A stretch of DNA of 40,430 nucleotides from a bacterium (GTDB lineage: Bacteria; Elusimicrobiota; Elusimicrobia; UBA1565). This document shows, piece by piece, positions 8,683 through 18,191 of this stretch (position 1 is its first letter; every line of letters begins with the position of its first letter). Position numbers and translations under genes: made by a program. The notes below the pieces were generated by a model that had not been told where the DNA came from, did no database searches, and saw only the letters and a program-made list of their open reading frames with translations. The stretch lies in the NCBI GenBank assembly GCA_004322435.1, contig SCTT01000025.1:1-40430 (forward strand), in the 5' to 3' direction.

Positions 8683-9930
8683 CTACCAGCGCCGGGGAGC
8701 GCCCTTGACCACGCGGACCGTGTCGCGGGCGATGAGGAGCTCTTCGTTGGTGGGGATGACCCAGGCCGCCAGGCGCGAGCCCTCCGCGGAGACGCGCCCT
8801 TCCTTGCCGCCCGTCGCCGCCTTGTTGCGGGCGGCGTCCAAGCTCAGACCCAGCCAGTCGAGCCCCTTGCACAGGCGGGCGCGGACTTCGGCCGAGTTCT
8901 CGCCGATGCCGCCGGTGAACACCACCGCGTCGGCCCCGCCCATCGCCGCCAGGTAGGCGCCGACGTATTTGCGCGCGCGCGCGCAGAAGATGTCCACGGC
9001 CAGGCGCGCGCGGCGGTCGCCGTTCTCCTTCTCCTCCTCGAGGAGCTCGCGCATGTCGTTGGTGAGGCCCGAGAGCCCCAAGAGCCCCGAGGACTTGTTG
9101 AGCAAGGTGTCGAGCTGCTCGAAGGAGAGCCCCTCGCGGTGGTGCAAAAACTCGAGGATGGCCGGGTCCATGTCGCCGCCGCGCGTGCCCATGACGAGGC
9201 CTTCGGTGGGGGTCAGCCCCATCGAGGTGTCGAAGGAGTCGCCGGCCTTGATGGCGCAGGCCGAGGCGCCGTTTCCGAGGTGCAGCGCGATGATGTTCAC
9301 GTCCTTCTGCTTCTTCTCGGTCAGCTGCCGGTAGCGGTAGGCGACGTAGCGGTAGGACGTGCCGTGGAAGCCGTAGCGGCGCAGCTTGTAGCGGCGGTAG
9401 AGCTGGTAGGGCAGGGCGTAGAGATAGCTCGTGTCCGGCATCGTCGAGTGGAAGGCCGTGTCGAAGACCGCGCACTGCGGCACGCCGGGCCCCAACAGCT
9501 CGCGCGCCGCGGCGATGCCCTTGAGGTTCGCCGGGTTGTGCAGCGGGGCCAGCTCGATGTTGTCTTCGATGCCGTCGATGACGGAGTCGTCCAAGAGCAC
9601 GCACTGCTTGAACCGTTCGCCGCCGTGGACGACCCGGTGGCCCACCGCATGGATGTCCGCCAGCGAGCGCACGCCGGAGATGGCGGTCTCGGGGGCGACG
9701 ACCCAGCGCAGGATGCGGTCCAAGGCCGCGCGGTGGTCGCGCAGGGGCTCGGCGGTGCGGAACTTGGGGCCGCCCTCGGCCTGGAAGCTCACCAAGGACT
9801 CGCTGCCCACGCGCTCGACGACCCCGGAGGCCAGGCGCCGGTCGGCGTTCTTGGAAATGAGGTCCAAGTCGGTGGAGAGCAGCTGGAACTTGACCGAGGA
9901 GGAACCGCAGTTGAGGACCAGGACGTTCAT
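8683..9930 (-). CDS. ackA: Acetate kinase
   Basis: The sequence [17 protein letters not shown]...HRVVHGG...FDTAFH...YGFHGTS...HLGNGAS...EL-IARDT is the canonical AckA motif set. The ATG at 9930 is preferred over the upstream TTG at 9945. Confidence 0.93.
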   Translation of the reverse strand: MNVLVLNCGSSSVKFQLLSTDLDLISKNADRRLASGVVERVGSESLVSFQAEGGPKFRTAEPLRDHRAALDRILRWVVAPETAISGVRSLADIHAVGHRVVHGGERFKQCVLLDDSVIDGIEDNIELAPLHNPANLKGIAAARELLGPGVPQCAVFDTAFHSTMPDTSYLYALPYQLYRRYKLRRYGFHGTSYRYVAYRYRQLTEKKQKDVNIIALHLGNGASACAIKAGDSFDTSMGLTPTEGLVMGTRGGDMDPAILEFLHHREGLSFEQLDTLLNKSSGLLGLSGLTNDMRELLEEEKENGDRRARLAVDIFCARARKYVGAYLAAMGGADAVVFTGGIGENSAEVRARLCKGLDWLGLSLDAARNKAATGGKEGRVSAEGSRLAAWVIPTNEELLIARDTVRVVKGAPRRW

Positions 9931-10006
9931 GCGCGTATCATACAAACGAGTGACACGCGCCCGTGGCGGCCGCCGGGGGGCGTGTTATCCTTTAGAGAGA
10001 GGGGTT

Positions 10007-10705
10007 ATGGCCTTGCGGGTGTGGGCGTTGGCCGCCGCGGCCCTGCTGGCCGGGACGGACGGGACCCGGGAGGCCCGGGAGCGTATGGTGACCGGACTCC
10101 AGGCGTACCCGGAGCCGTATCGCGTCAGCGACCAGAGGGTGCTTGACGCCCTGCGGCGCGTGCCGCGCGAGCGCTTCGTGCCGCGCGCCCAGGCTCCGCG
10201 CGCCTACGCCGACACCCCGCTGCCCATCGGCGAAGGCCAGACCATCTCGGCGCCCGGCATCGTCGCCGCGATGACCCAGGCGCTCTCCCCCTCCCCGAGC
10301 GACCTCGTGCTCGAGGTGGGCACCGGCTCGGGCTATCAGGCGGCGGTGCTCTCGCTCTTGGTACGGCACGTCTATTCGGTCGAGATCGTCGAAGTCCTCG
10401 GGCGTCGGGCCGCGGCGCGGCTGGATTCGCTCGGCTACAAGAACGTCTCGGTGCGCGTGGGAGACGGCTACCGCGGCTGGCCCGAGGCGGCCCCCTTCGA
10501 CGCGGTCATCGTCACCTGCGCGCCGGAGGACGTCCCGCGGCCCTTGGTCGAGCAGCTCAAGGAGGGCGGGCGGCTCGTCATCCCGGTGGGCCCCGACGGC
10601 GGGACGCAGTGGCTGTGGGTCTACCGGAAGACCGACCGCGGCCTCGTGCGCCAGGCGCTGATGCCGGTGCGCTTCGTGCCGATGACGGGCGAAGCGCAAC
10701 ACTAG
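10007..10705 (+). CDS. pcm: Protein-L-isoaspartate O-methyltransferase with an N-terminal signal-like segment
   Basis: RVPRERFVP, GEGQTISAPGIVAAM and the SAM motif VLEVGTGSGYQAAVL are present. The ATG at 10007 is in frame with track ORF 9431, whose upstream part is antisense to ackA. Confidence 0.88.
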   Translation: MALRVWALAAAALLAGTDGTREARERMVTGLQAYPEPYRVSDQRVLDALRRVPRERFVPRAQAPRAYADTPLPIGEGQTISAPGIVAAMTQALSPSPSDLVLEVGTGSGYQAAVLSLLVRHVYSVEIVEVLGRRAAARLDSLGYKNVSVRVGDGYRGWPEAAPFDAVIVTCAPEDVPRPLVEQLKEGGRLVIPVGPDGGTQWLWVYRKTDRGLVRQALMPVRFVPMTGEAQH

Positions 10706-10718
10706 GTATCATACGCGC

Positions 10719-11204
10719 ATGCTCGTCCTCCTCTGGCGCCACGGGCCCGCCGGCGACAAGGCCCGCTGGGCCGAGTCCGGCCAAGACGACGGCCAGCGGC
10801 CGTTGACCGAAGAGGGGCGGCTCAAGACGCGGCGGGCGGCCAAGGGGCTGACCGCGCTCCTCGCGAAGCTGGACCTTGTCGCGACGAGCCCCCTCGTCCG
10901 CGCGCGGGAGACCGCGCGCTTCGCCTACGAGCGCTTCCCGAAGGCGCGCCGGAGCGTGCGCGCCGACCTGGTGCCCACGGCCGACCCGCGGCGCGCGGCG
11001 CGCTGGCTCGAGGGGCTGAGCGCGGCGGCGGTCTGCGTGGTGGGGCATGAGCCGCACCTGTCGCGGCTCGCGGCGGCGCTCCTGGCGGGGGCCTCCGAGC
11101 CGCCCTTCGAGCTGAAGAAAGGCGGGGCGGCGCTCATCGACCTTAAGGAGCGCAAGCTCCTGGCGCTCGTGACGCCGAAGATGCTGCGAAAGCTCGGGCG
11201 CTAG
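10719..11204 (+). CDS. sixA: Histidine phosphatase, SixA-type phosphohistidine phosphatase
   Basis: The N-terminal LWRHG (RHG catalytic motif), the size of about 160 aa and a later VGHEP motif support the call. Confidence 0.75.
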   Translation: MLVLLWRHGPAGDKARWAESGQDDGQRPLTEEGRLKTRRAAKGLTALLAKLDLVATSPLVRARETARFAYERFPKARRSVRADLVPTADPRRAARWLEGLSAAAVCVVGHEPHLSRLAAALLAGASEPPFELKKGGAALIDLKERKLLALVTPKMLRKLGR

Positions 11205-11320
11205 CTTTCCTTCAGGGGAGTCCTTTCCCCGACGGGTCGTTAACCAAGCAGGGGATTTAGCCCCGTTCGCCAAGACGCCCCTATCCGCCGCGGCCGCAAA
11301 GAGACATTAAGGCAACGGAC

Positions 11321-12919
11321 TCAACTCCGACGCCACCTCAACCCTACCTCGAATGCTCGGAGGATGAAGCCCACGACAGCCCCCGCTGGATTCGCGGGCG
11401 GTCGCTCCCGCAACTTGTATGCGGCTGTTTCCAATCCTGCCACCCTTGGCTCGAGCCAACCGCCATTGAGCAGGCGCGACAAGGCCTCCTGTCTGACGCG
11501 ACCATCGGCTTTCGAGCTCTTCATGACCGAGAAGAGGACTTCAGCGCTTTGGCGCTCGTTGGCCCGCGTCAACAAGCGGGTCGACGCCCAATCAATAGCC
11601 CCCGCCTCGTAGCGACGCTGGAGATACTCGAGTTCCCGACCCTCAGCCGATGCCTCGCGAAGTTCGATTTCCCAGATTGCCTCGCGCGCATCCAATGAGT
11701 TGAACCGCGTGCCGAGCCCCACGAAGGCATCGAGCAAGGGGACATCCGCGGGACTGCCCACTCGCCCCAACGTTTGGAGAGCCAATCGCATGTTGCCCAT
11801 ATGAGCCTGGCCGCCATCCTTTACAGTCCTAATGGCGTCTCGAACGGCCTCCAACGCCAGGGCATAACCTGAGGAATTCCCATGCCTGGCCAGCACGACA
11901 GCCGCATAGATTCGCACCTGCGAATCATGGTCCTCGAGAAACTTCAGCAATAAGGGAATGTGCGGCGCGGCCCACTTTGCGGTCAAGTCGTTAATTGCAC
12001 TCAGCCGAACGTGGACGTCGCTTGCATTTTCAGCCAAAGAGACGACTTTTTCGCGAGCACGCGAGTCGCCCGCGTAGAGGTGCAGCAGATGCGCACAGTG
12101 CCTGCTCGTGGCCGGATCTCGCGAATCCGCGCCACGAAGAAGCGCATCGACGACCTCTTTGCGCGGCGCGCTACCGCCACCACCCATCCGAGAAATCGAA
12201 TGGTGTATCTCCTCCTTCAGCTTCTTGTTTGCCGTCTCCTCCATGAGGGCGAGCATCGGAGGAATCGCCCTTTGCCCGCGACGCTCCAATTCCGAGAAAG
12301 CCTTGCCTGTCTCGAAGACGTTACCGCCTCGAAGCACCTCGACGGCATCGTCGACCCCGCCGAGAGGCTTGTTGCGTTTGAGCACCACATCTCGGAGAGG
12401 GCCAGGATTCTCATACTTGTCTCGCACGATCTCCCCGGCAATCTGCGCGAGTGCGAGGAGGGGGTCGCGCGAGACCCCAAGCAGATACTGGAGTTCCTCC
12501 TCGGACTTAGGTCCGGTCAGCGTCCACATCATGTACTCGCGCATCGCGCCGACTCTGAGATGCGGATTCGAGTCGGCGACCTTGCCTCTGAGCACCTGCC
12601 CGACTGAGGGGTCTTCCTGAAATGCCGGCAACAGCTGCATCCCAATACAAATGAGGCTCAGGTCGGCGCCCGCGCACAGTGCGACAGCATGCCGACGGAC
12701 GATGTCGCGGCCGGGCGGGTCGGGTCGATTTGGCTGGCGGTGGAGCCCGGCTACCATCATCGCCGCGAATTGGAAACCGTTCGGCGTCTTGAACTTCTCA
12801 AATAGGAGGGGAAGCATCGACTCGGGGTGGGTCAAGATGAGGTCCACGTCCACACCAGTCGGCAGGTGGCCTCCTTTCAATTTCTGCGCGAGTTCCCTCA
12901 ATGCGTCCGAGTCAGCCAT
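11321..12919 (-). CDS. HEAT/armadillo-like repeat protein (lower-GC island gene)
   Basis: Repeated helical units include DSRDPATSRHCAHLL, ENASDVHVRLSAINDL and EDHDSQVRIYAAVVLARHG. Codon usage is visibly less GC-rich than in the flanking genes. Confidence 0.65.
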   Translation of the reverse strand: MADSDALRELAQKLKGGHLPTGVDVDLILTHPESMLPLLFEKFKTPNGFQFAAMMVAGLHRQPNRPDPPGRDIVRRHAVALCAGADLSLICIGMQLLPAFQEDPSVGQVLRGKVADSNPHLRVGAMREYMMWTLTGPKSEEELQYLLGVSRDPLLALAQIAGEIVRDKYENPGPLRDVVLKRNKPLGGVDDAVEVLRGGNVFETGKAFSELERRGQRAIPPMLALMEETANKKLKEEIHHSISRMGGGGSAPRKEVVDALLRGADSRDPATSRHCAHLLHLYAGDSRAREKVVSLAENASDVHVRLSAINDLTAKWAAPHIPLLLKFLEDHDSQVRIYAAVVLARHGNSSGYALALEAVRDAIRTVKDGGQAHMGNMRLALQTLGRVGSPADVPLLDAFVGLGTRFNSLDAREAIWEIELREASAEGRELEYLQRRYEAGAIDWASTRLLTRANERQSAEVLFSVMKSSKADGRVRQEALSRLLNGGWLEPRVAGLETAAYKLRERPPANPAGAVVGFILRAFEVGLRWRRS

Positions 12920-13886
12920 GAGTGGCCTCCGGGTCCATCAAGTGCCAAGCGCCCTCCTTATCCTCGGCAAGGGCTCGCGCGACCTCCGCCTTATGGCGGG
13001 CCCAGACACCGACATCAATCACATTGGGACAATAAGCCGTGTTTTTCGGATGAGGGAAAACTTGAGGGAAGGAGATTCCTCCGACCGGTGAAATACGAGA
13101 GGGATCCTCGGGCTGAGCGGCCCTGAAACAATACAGAAAGACATCGCGACGGATAGCTCCCTGGACCGGAGGGACGTGGAGGATCATCCCAATGCGGTGC
13201 TCAGGTTTGTGGACGAAAAAGCCGCTGGTTGTGACCTTGGTTGCCCGATTCTCCGACTGCGTCTCATATACGAGCATCCAGCCGGTTAGGCCCTCCCCTG
13301 AGGCGACGATTATGGGGACCTCCGGGTTGACGCTCACTAAGCCCGGGGTCGTACGATAATCGACCTTGATCCGGGTCTTACCGTCCCAGAGGAGGGGATT
13401 CATCATCGCGTTCGGTCCCGGCGAGTAATTGGGTTGGAATAGTTCGGGTGGCGCGTCGGTACTGGAGATCCAGCCGTTCGCGAACGGCCCGCCGTAACGC
13501 AAGACTGCTCTAGAGGAAGCGTTCAGGAATCGCCCGGGCTCATGATCGATTGCGAATGCGTCGATAAGGAACGAGAATCCAATGAAGGACGAGAGGAACC
13601 CGGCGGTCGGGCGATACCTCCCCTTGATCTCGGTTGAATAGCGGCCAGCCTCGTTAGTCCGGAGATGGAACTTCGCTACCCTTTGACCGACCTTTCCTCC
13701 CAGTGTGCCGTAGTCCGCGCAAACCTCAACGATGACGTAGGCCCCCGCCAAAGGATACCCCTCGTCGCTGAATATCTCGCCGGAAATAGGGAACGCGTAG
13801 CTTTCGGCGCGTCTGAGCAAGTTGGCCGCCCACGAAAGCGTTGCCAGAGCGCCGAAGGCCGCAGTGCCAAGGGTTTTTCGCATCAT
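12912..13886 (-). CDS. Secreted hypothetical protein with an N-terminal carboxypeptidase-regulatory-like fold motif
   Basis: The signal peptide MMRKTLGTAAFGALATLSWA is followed by ISGEIFSDEGYPLAGAYVIVE, which resembles CarboxypepD_reg. It overlaps the downstream HEAT gene by 8 nt. Confidence 0.6.
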   Translation of the reverse strand: MMRKTLGTAAFGALATLSWAANLLRRAESYAFPISGEIFSDEGYPLAGAYVIVEVCADYGTLGGKVGQRVAKFHLRTNEAGRYSTEIKGRYRPTAGFLSSFIGFSFLIDAFAIDHEPGRFLNASSRAVLRYGGPFANGWISSTDAPPELFQPNYSPGPNAMMNPLLWDGKTRIKVDYRTTPGLVSVNPEVPIIVASGEGLTGWMLVYETQSENRATKVTTSGFFVHKPEHRIGMILHVPPVQGAIRRDVFLYCFRAAQPEDPSRISPVGGISFPQVFPHPKNTAYCPNVIDVGVWARHKAEVARALAEDKEGAWHLMDPEATHG

Positions 13887-14083
13887 CGACCTGGCGGAAT
13901 CATCTTTTCTGCCAACGAGGACTGCTCCCGAGTACTAAGGAGTGGAATCGAGCCCCTTTCGATAAGACGACCTCCCTTCCCGAGAGTCTACCCCCCACCC
14001 GAAGGATGCTCCAGGCCGGTCCGATGACGACGGCGCCCACCCAACAACGACAAGGCACTCTCGGTGAACTCAGGAATTTCGTG

Positions 14084-14857
14084 TCATTCCAGCTGGAACA
14101 CGATGGCCTGCGGCAGGGCCACCGGCACGCCCACCCCGTCCTTCATCGCCGGCGAGAACCGCATCCGCTCCGCCACCGACCGCGCCGCCGCGTCAAAAGC
14201 CGCGCCGCCCGACTGCAGGACGTCGACCGCCTCGACCGCGCCGGTGACGCCCAACCGCAAGCGCACGACGACCTTCGCCTCGCGCCCGGCCCTGCGCTCG
14301 GCCTCGGGGTAGAACTTCCGCAGGTTGGAGAGCACTTCCTCTTTGTTGAGGAGCTTAGGCAGCACGTCCGGCCGCGCGGTGCGCATGCCCGGCCCGCCCG
14401 TGCCGCCGCCCCCCGTAGCCCCCGGCGTCCCGGCGGACGTGCCCGAGGGCGAACCGACCGCCGCGGGGTCGGTCGTCGTCATCGGCGGAACGGCCGGGAC
14501 GGGCGCGAGCGCCGGCTCGGGCGGTGCGGGGCGAGGGTCGGCGGAAGGGATGAGCGCCGGGACCGGCGTAGGGGCGACGACGGGCGCCGCGGCGGGAGCG
14601 ACGGGCCCGGCCGTCGGCGGCGTCACGACGGCCGGCGCCAGCGGCAAGCCCGGCCGGCCCAGCGGCCCCGGCGCCGCGCGGTCCTTGGGGCCCAGCGGCA
14701 AGGACAGGTCGATGACGCGCTCGGGCGCCGGCACCGGCAGCTCGAAGCGGACGTTCAGGTTCCCGTAGAGGAGGAGCGCGAGGTGCAACGCCGCCGACGC
14801 CGCCAGGCAGCGGTCGAAGAGCGCGTTGGAGCGCTCCCAGGAGAGCTCAAGCCCCAC
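14084..14857 (-). CDS. tonB: TonB-family energy transducer
   Basis: An N-terminal anchor and a long Pro/Ala-rich spacer are followed by the C-terminal TonB domain (YPEAERRAGREAKVVVRLRLGVTGAV...AARSVAERMRFSPA). The start is GTG and overlaps the end of exbD. Confidence 0.85.
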   Translation of the reverse strand: MGLELSWERSNALFDRCLAASAALHLALLLYGNLNVRFELPVPAPERVIDLSLPLGPKDRAAPGPLGRPGLPLAPAVVTPPTAGPVAPAAAPVVAPTPVPALIPSADPRPAPPEPALAPVPAVPPMTTTDPAAVGSPSGTSAGTPGATGGGGTGGPGMRTARPDVLPKLLNKEEVLSNLRKFYPEAERRAGREAKVVVRLRLGVTGAVEAVDVLQSGGAAFDAAARSVAERMRFSPAMKDGVGVPVALPQAIVFQLE

Positions 14858-15251
14858 CCTTCACCTCGAGGCTGACCTTCCGCAGCCCCGCGCCGCGGAT
14901 GAGGTCCAGGACGCCCACGATGTCGCCGTACGGGAGAGCCCTGTCGGCCGAGAGGATGACCCGCATCTCGGGGTCCGAGCGCAGGCGCTCTTTGAGGTCC
15001 GCCGTCAGCGCCTCGCGCGTGAGCGCCCGCCCGCCGATGCTGAGCGCGCGGGCCTTGTCGAAGGTGACTTCGAGCGCCTCGAGGCCGGCGCGCTCCGAGT
15101 GCCGGGCCTTCGGCACGTCCACGCGCAGGGCCTTGCGCTCGATGAGCGGCGCGGTGGCCATGAAGATGATGAGGACGACCAAGATGATGTCGACGAGCGG
15201 CGTTACGTTGATGTCGGTGATGGGCCGCGAGCCTTCGGCCAGCGTCTTCAT
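14847..15251 (-). CDS. exbD: ExbD/TolR biopolymer transport protein
   Basis: It contains ITDINVTPLVDIILVVLIIFM and is 134 aa long. Confidence 0.9.
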   Translation of the reverse strand: MKTLAEGSRPITDINVTPLVDIILVVLIIFMATAPLIERKALRVDVPKARHSERAGLEALEVTFDKARALSIGGRALTREALTADLKERLRSDPEMRVILSADRALPYGDIVGVLDLIRGAGLRKVSLEVKGGA

Positions 15252-15255
15252 CGCA

Positions 15256-15858
15256 CTACTTGCCCGCCGCCAAGAGGCGCCGCGCGTCGGCTTCGACCGC
15301 GGAGAGGAGGTCCCCGACCTTCTTCTGCAGCGCGTTGTAGGCGACGACCGAGGGGATGGCCACGAACAGGCCCACCGCGGTGGCGATGAGGGCCTCCGAG
15401 AGGCCGCGCATCACGACCTCGGGGCCGGCGCCGGCGTCGGCAGAGAGGTCGTGGAAGGCCTTGATGACGCCCAAGACCGTGCCGAAGAGCCCGACGAAGG
15501 GGGCGTTCGAGCCCAAGGTGCCTAGGACCAACAGGCGCGCCTCCAAGAAGCGCTTCTCATCGAGCGCGGCGGCGACCAGGCGGTCCTCCGCGGCGGCCCG
15601 CCCCCCCGTCACCGCGGCGAGGATGCGCGCGCCGGAGCCCGCCGCCCCCAAGAGCGCGGCCGCGACCCCCTTCGCGTCGCCTTCGGCCAAGGGTCGGGCG
15701 AGGCGCCCGCGCAGCTCGGCCGCCAGGCGCGCCTCGCGCCGGAGCAGCACGCCCCGCTCGAGCATCACCGCGAGAGCCACGACGGACGCGGCGAGCAGGC
15801 CGTAGATGACCCAGTCGCCGCCCGAGAGCGCGAACGCGCGCAGGAAATCCAGGCTCAC
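15256..15858 (-). CDS. exbB: ExbB/TolQ/MotA-family proton channel
   Basis: It has three TM segments and the motif GTLGSNAPFVGLFGTVLGVIKAF...LIATAVGL. The start is GTG. Confidence 0.9.
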   Translation of the reverse strand: MSLDFLRAFALSGGDWVIYGLLAASVVALAVMLERGVLLRREARLAAELRGRLARPLAEGDAKGVAAALLGAAGSGARILAAVTGGRAAAEDRLVAAALDEKRFLEARLLVLGTLGSNAPFVGLFGTVLGVIKAFHDLSADAGAGPEVVMRGLSEALIATAVGLFVAIPSVVAYNALQKKVGDLLSAVEADARRLLAAGK

Positions 15859-17570
15859 TTGAACCTCCCCAGGCGCACGAGCGCCAAGGCGAGCTCCGCC
15901 CGCACGATGGGGTCGGTCTCGCGGCCGAGCATGTCCATGAGCTTACGGTACTCGTCGGCGCCGCCCAGGCGCCCCAGGTGGTAGACCGCCTCCGCGCGCG
16001 CGTACCAGTCGGTCTCGGTGGTCATCCGCCACAGGGCCTCGCGGCCGGCGAGGTTGCCCCGCTGCCAGTATTCGGCCGCGGCCATCCCCTTGACGGTGAA
16101 GGACGGGTCGTTCTGCGCCGCGTCGCCGAGCGTGAAGAGCGCCGCCGGCGAGGCCGAGAGCACGACCGACTCGAGCCCGCCCAGGCGCACCGTGAGGCTG
16201 ACGTCGCGCAGGGCCTCCTGGAAGAGCGGGAAGAAGCGGTCGTCTTTGGCGTGCCCGAGGGCCACCAGCGCGGCGGCCCGCATCGGGGGGTTCTTGCCCG
16301 AGCGCGACACGGCCTCGAGGCGGTTCTGGATGCCGAAGTCTTTGACGCCGGCGAGGCCCTCGGTCAGCAGGAATCCCAGCTCGCTGTAGCGCAGGCTCAG
16401 CATGTGACCGGTCAGCGTGGTGAGCTCCGCGAAGAGCGCGGCCGCCGAGTTCTGGCTGCCGGCCTCTTCGGGGCGCAGCGCGCTCTTTTGCTCCAAGAGG
16501 CGCAAGAGCAGCGCGTTGATGCGCGGGTCCACCAAAGTCTCCTGGGCGATGTGCTCCCGGGGCGCCGTGATGACGATGGGCTCGAGCATGAAGTCGAGGT
16601 CGGCCGTGAGACTCGAGGCCAGGCCCGGGCCGCCGGGCGTGTTGCCGGTCCCCGTGCCCCCGGGGGCGGGGACCGGCGGCGGCGCCGCCTCGCGGCGGCC
16701 GAAGATCTTGAGCGCGGCGATGGCGTATTCCGCGGAGAGGAACTCGTTGGCGCCGTCCCGGTCCAAGCGGTCGAGGAACACGTCGTAATCCTTGCCCTCG
16801 CCGTAATCGCCCAGCGCATGGGCCGCCATCGCCCGGCCGACCCAATCGGGGCTCGTGCTCAGGAACCCGCGCAGCTTTTCGAGCCCGCCCGCGCCGCCCA
16901 GCCGCGCCATCCCGCCCGCCGCGTAGACGCGCAAGAGGGGCGAGACGTCGTTTTCGGCGGCGAGCTTGAGGAGCGGCACCGCCTTCTCGGGGTGGCCCCA
17001 GGACAGCAGCGCCTCCATCGCGCCGAAGCGCACGGCGGGGTCATGGTGGGCCAGGGCCTCGTTGAGCACGCGTTCGTCCTGGAGGTCCTTGAGCCGGGCC
17101 AGCGCGATGAGGGCCGTCGCGCGGACCTCGGCCGACCGCTCCCAGCGCGCGAGGCGCACGAGCCGCTCGCGCAGCGCCGGGTCGGGGTCCGCGGCCAAAG
17201 CCTCCGCCAGTGGGACACCGGGATACAGGTAGCGGTTCCGCAGGCGGAAGCCGTCCGGCGAGCCGACCTTTAGGAGCTCCTCGAAGGGGGTGCCGGCCAC
17301 GGCCTTGAGGTCGGGGCGGATGGAGTCCGACTTCTCCAGGAGCTCGAAGAGGGCGCTTAAGACCGCCGGGTCGGCCTTGGGGACCGCCTGGGGAGCGCTC
17401 GAGGACGTCAACACGTCCATCGAATCGCCGATGCGGACCTTGGGGGGGGTCGGCAGGACTTCCGGCGGCAGGCCCAGCTTGGCGATCTCCTCCGGGGACA
17501 GCTCGGCGCAGCCGGAGCCCAGCAGGGCCGCCGCGGACAGGAGGACGGCGAGAAGGGGGAGCTTTCTCAT
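15855..17570 (-). CDS. HEAT-repeat lipoprotein, first gene of the ExbB-ExbD-TonB operon
   Basis: The signal peptide has a lipobox (LLGSGC). Multiple HEAT-like units are present (DPALRERLVRLA, EVRATALIALARL, DPAVRFGAMEAL, DPIVRAELALALVRLG). Its stop overlaps the exbB start as GTGA. Confidence 0.75.
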   Translation of the reverse strand: MRKLPLLAVLLSAAALLGSGCAELSPEEIAKLGLPPEVLPTPPKVRIGDSMDVLTSSSAPQAVPKADPAVLSALFELLEKSDSIRPDLKAVAGTPFEELLKVGSPDGFRLRNRYLYPGVPLAEALAADPDPALRERLVRLARWERSAEVRATALIALARLKDLQDERVLNEALAHHDPAVRFGAMEALLSWGHPEKAVPLLKLAAENDVSPLLRVYAAGGMARLGGAGGLEKLRGFLSTSPDWVGRAMAAHALGDYGEGKDYDVFLDRLDRDGANEFLSAEYAIAALKIFGRREAAPPPVPAPGGTGTGNTPGGPGLASSLTADLDFMLEPIVITAPREHIAQETLVDPRINALLLRLLEQKSALRPEEAGSQNSAAALFAELTTLTGHMLSLRYSELGFLLTEGLAGVKDFGIQNRLEAVSRSGKNPPMRAAALVALGHAKDDRFFPLFQEALRDVSLTVRLGGLESVVLSASPAALFTLGDAAQNDPSFTVKGMAAAEYWQRGNLAGREALWRMTTETDWYARAEAVYHLGRLGGADEYRKLMDMLGRETDPIVRAELALALVRLGRFK

Positions 17571-17646
17571 CTTCAGAATTTACCTTTTTCCACCCCCGCC
17601 GAACCCCCGGGGGGGTCTCCAAGTTGCCTGGGTTTGCAGGGTGTCC

Positions 17647-18191
17647 GGCCGTCGCGATCCAAGGCGGGTCCTGCCCGCGCGTCCGAATCCTCCGCTCCCC
17701 CGAACCCGTGAACCTTGACGGTTCCCCCGCGACGAGCGCGGGGGCCCCCTCCCACGGGGTCGCTTCGGACTCGGCCGCGCGGTCACCCGCCGTGGCTCGT
17801 CGATGGCCCAGTCTGGATTACGTCGGTATCCGCTTTTCCGTCCCGTCCGAATCAGAAAGTGAATCAACTCATCCTGGGATGAGCTAATTCCATATATATT
17901 CTCGCCGCTATTTTTAAAAAATTCGACAGTCGCAAACGCCTCGCTCCCGCCAACGGCAATGCCGGTCATTTAAGGGCCCTCTCCCGCTCGGGCGCCGGGC
18001 CGTCGGAAAGAAACGACGGGTGGCCGCAGAGGCGCGCTCGCAGCGACCCCGTGGGAGGGGGCCCCCGCGCCCGCTCTTAGGAAGCCGTTGTTCGAAGCGG
18101 GCACGCAGCGGGGGAACCGCCAGGTTCCAAGGTTCGGGGGAGCGGAGAGCACGCCCCCGCGGGCAGGACCCGCCCTCTCAACGCGACGGCC
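17647..18191. repeat. Large imperfect inverted repeat (foldback element) flanking an AT-rich core
   Basis: The left arm is 17647-17763 and the right arm is 18043-18191. The reverse complement of the left arm shares perfect blocks with the right arm: GCGACCCCGTGGGAGGGGGCCCCCGCGC (28 nt), GCGGGGGAACCG, GGTTCGGGGGAGCGGA, GGGCAGGACCCGCC and CGCGACGGCC. The right arm carries an extra insert of about 30 nt. The core includes TATATATT and TATTTTTAAAAAATT, which is unlike the rest of the contig. Confidence 0.85.

Noticed and set aside
5635-8708. Very long alternate-frame ORFs (5635..8535 minus, 966 aa; 5886..8708 plus, 940 aa). Similar ORFs occur across the window, for example 3112..4539, 8488..10146, 13841..14875, 15978..17273, 33343..35043, 35427..36716, 37427..39076 and 38593..40008.
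   Set aside because: Their translations are Arg/Gly/Pro/Ala-rich and low in complexity. They have no recognisable motifs and lie opposite or out of frame to ORFs with clear family signatures. Stop-poor alternate frames are expected in DNA this GC-rich.
17580-17969. A 129-aa ORF on the minus strand inside the foldback element.
   Set aside because: Only the first ~60 codons, in the AT-rich core, look protein-like. The remainder runs through the GC-rich repeat arm as Arg/Gly filler. I have no family match and cannot define a credible end, so I mention it under the repeat finding but do not call it as a CDS.
17647-18191. An invertible promoter (phase-variation switch) or an IS element.
   Set aside because: No recombinase, invertase or transposase gene lies nearby. 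The arms (117/149 nt, diverged, with an indel) are far longer than typical invertase or IS terminal repeats. It remains a hypothesis to test with read-orientation data only.
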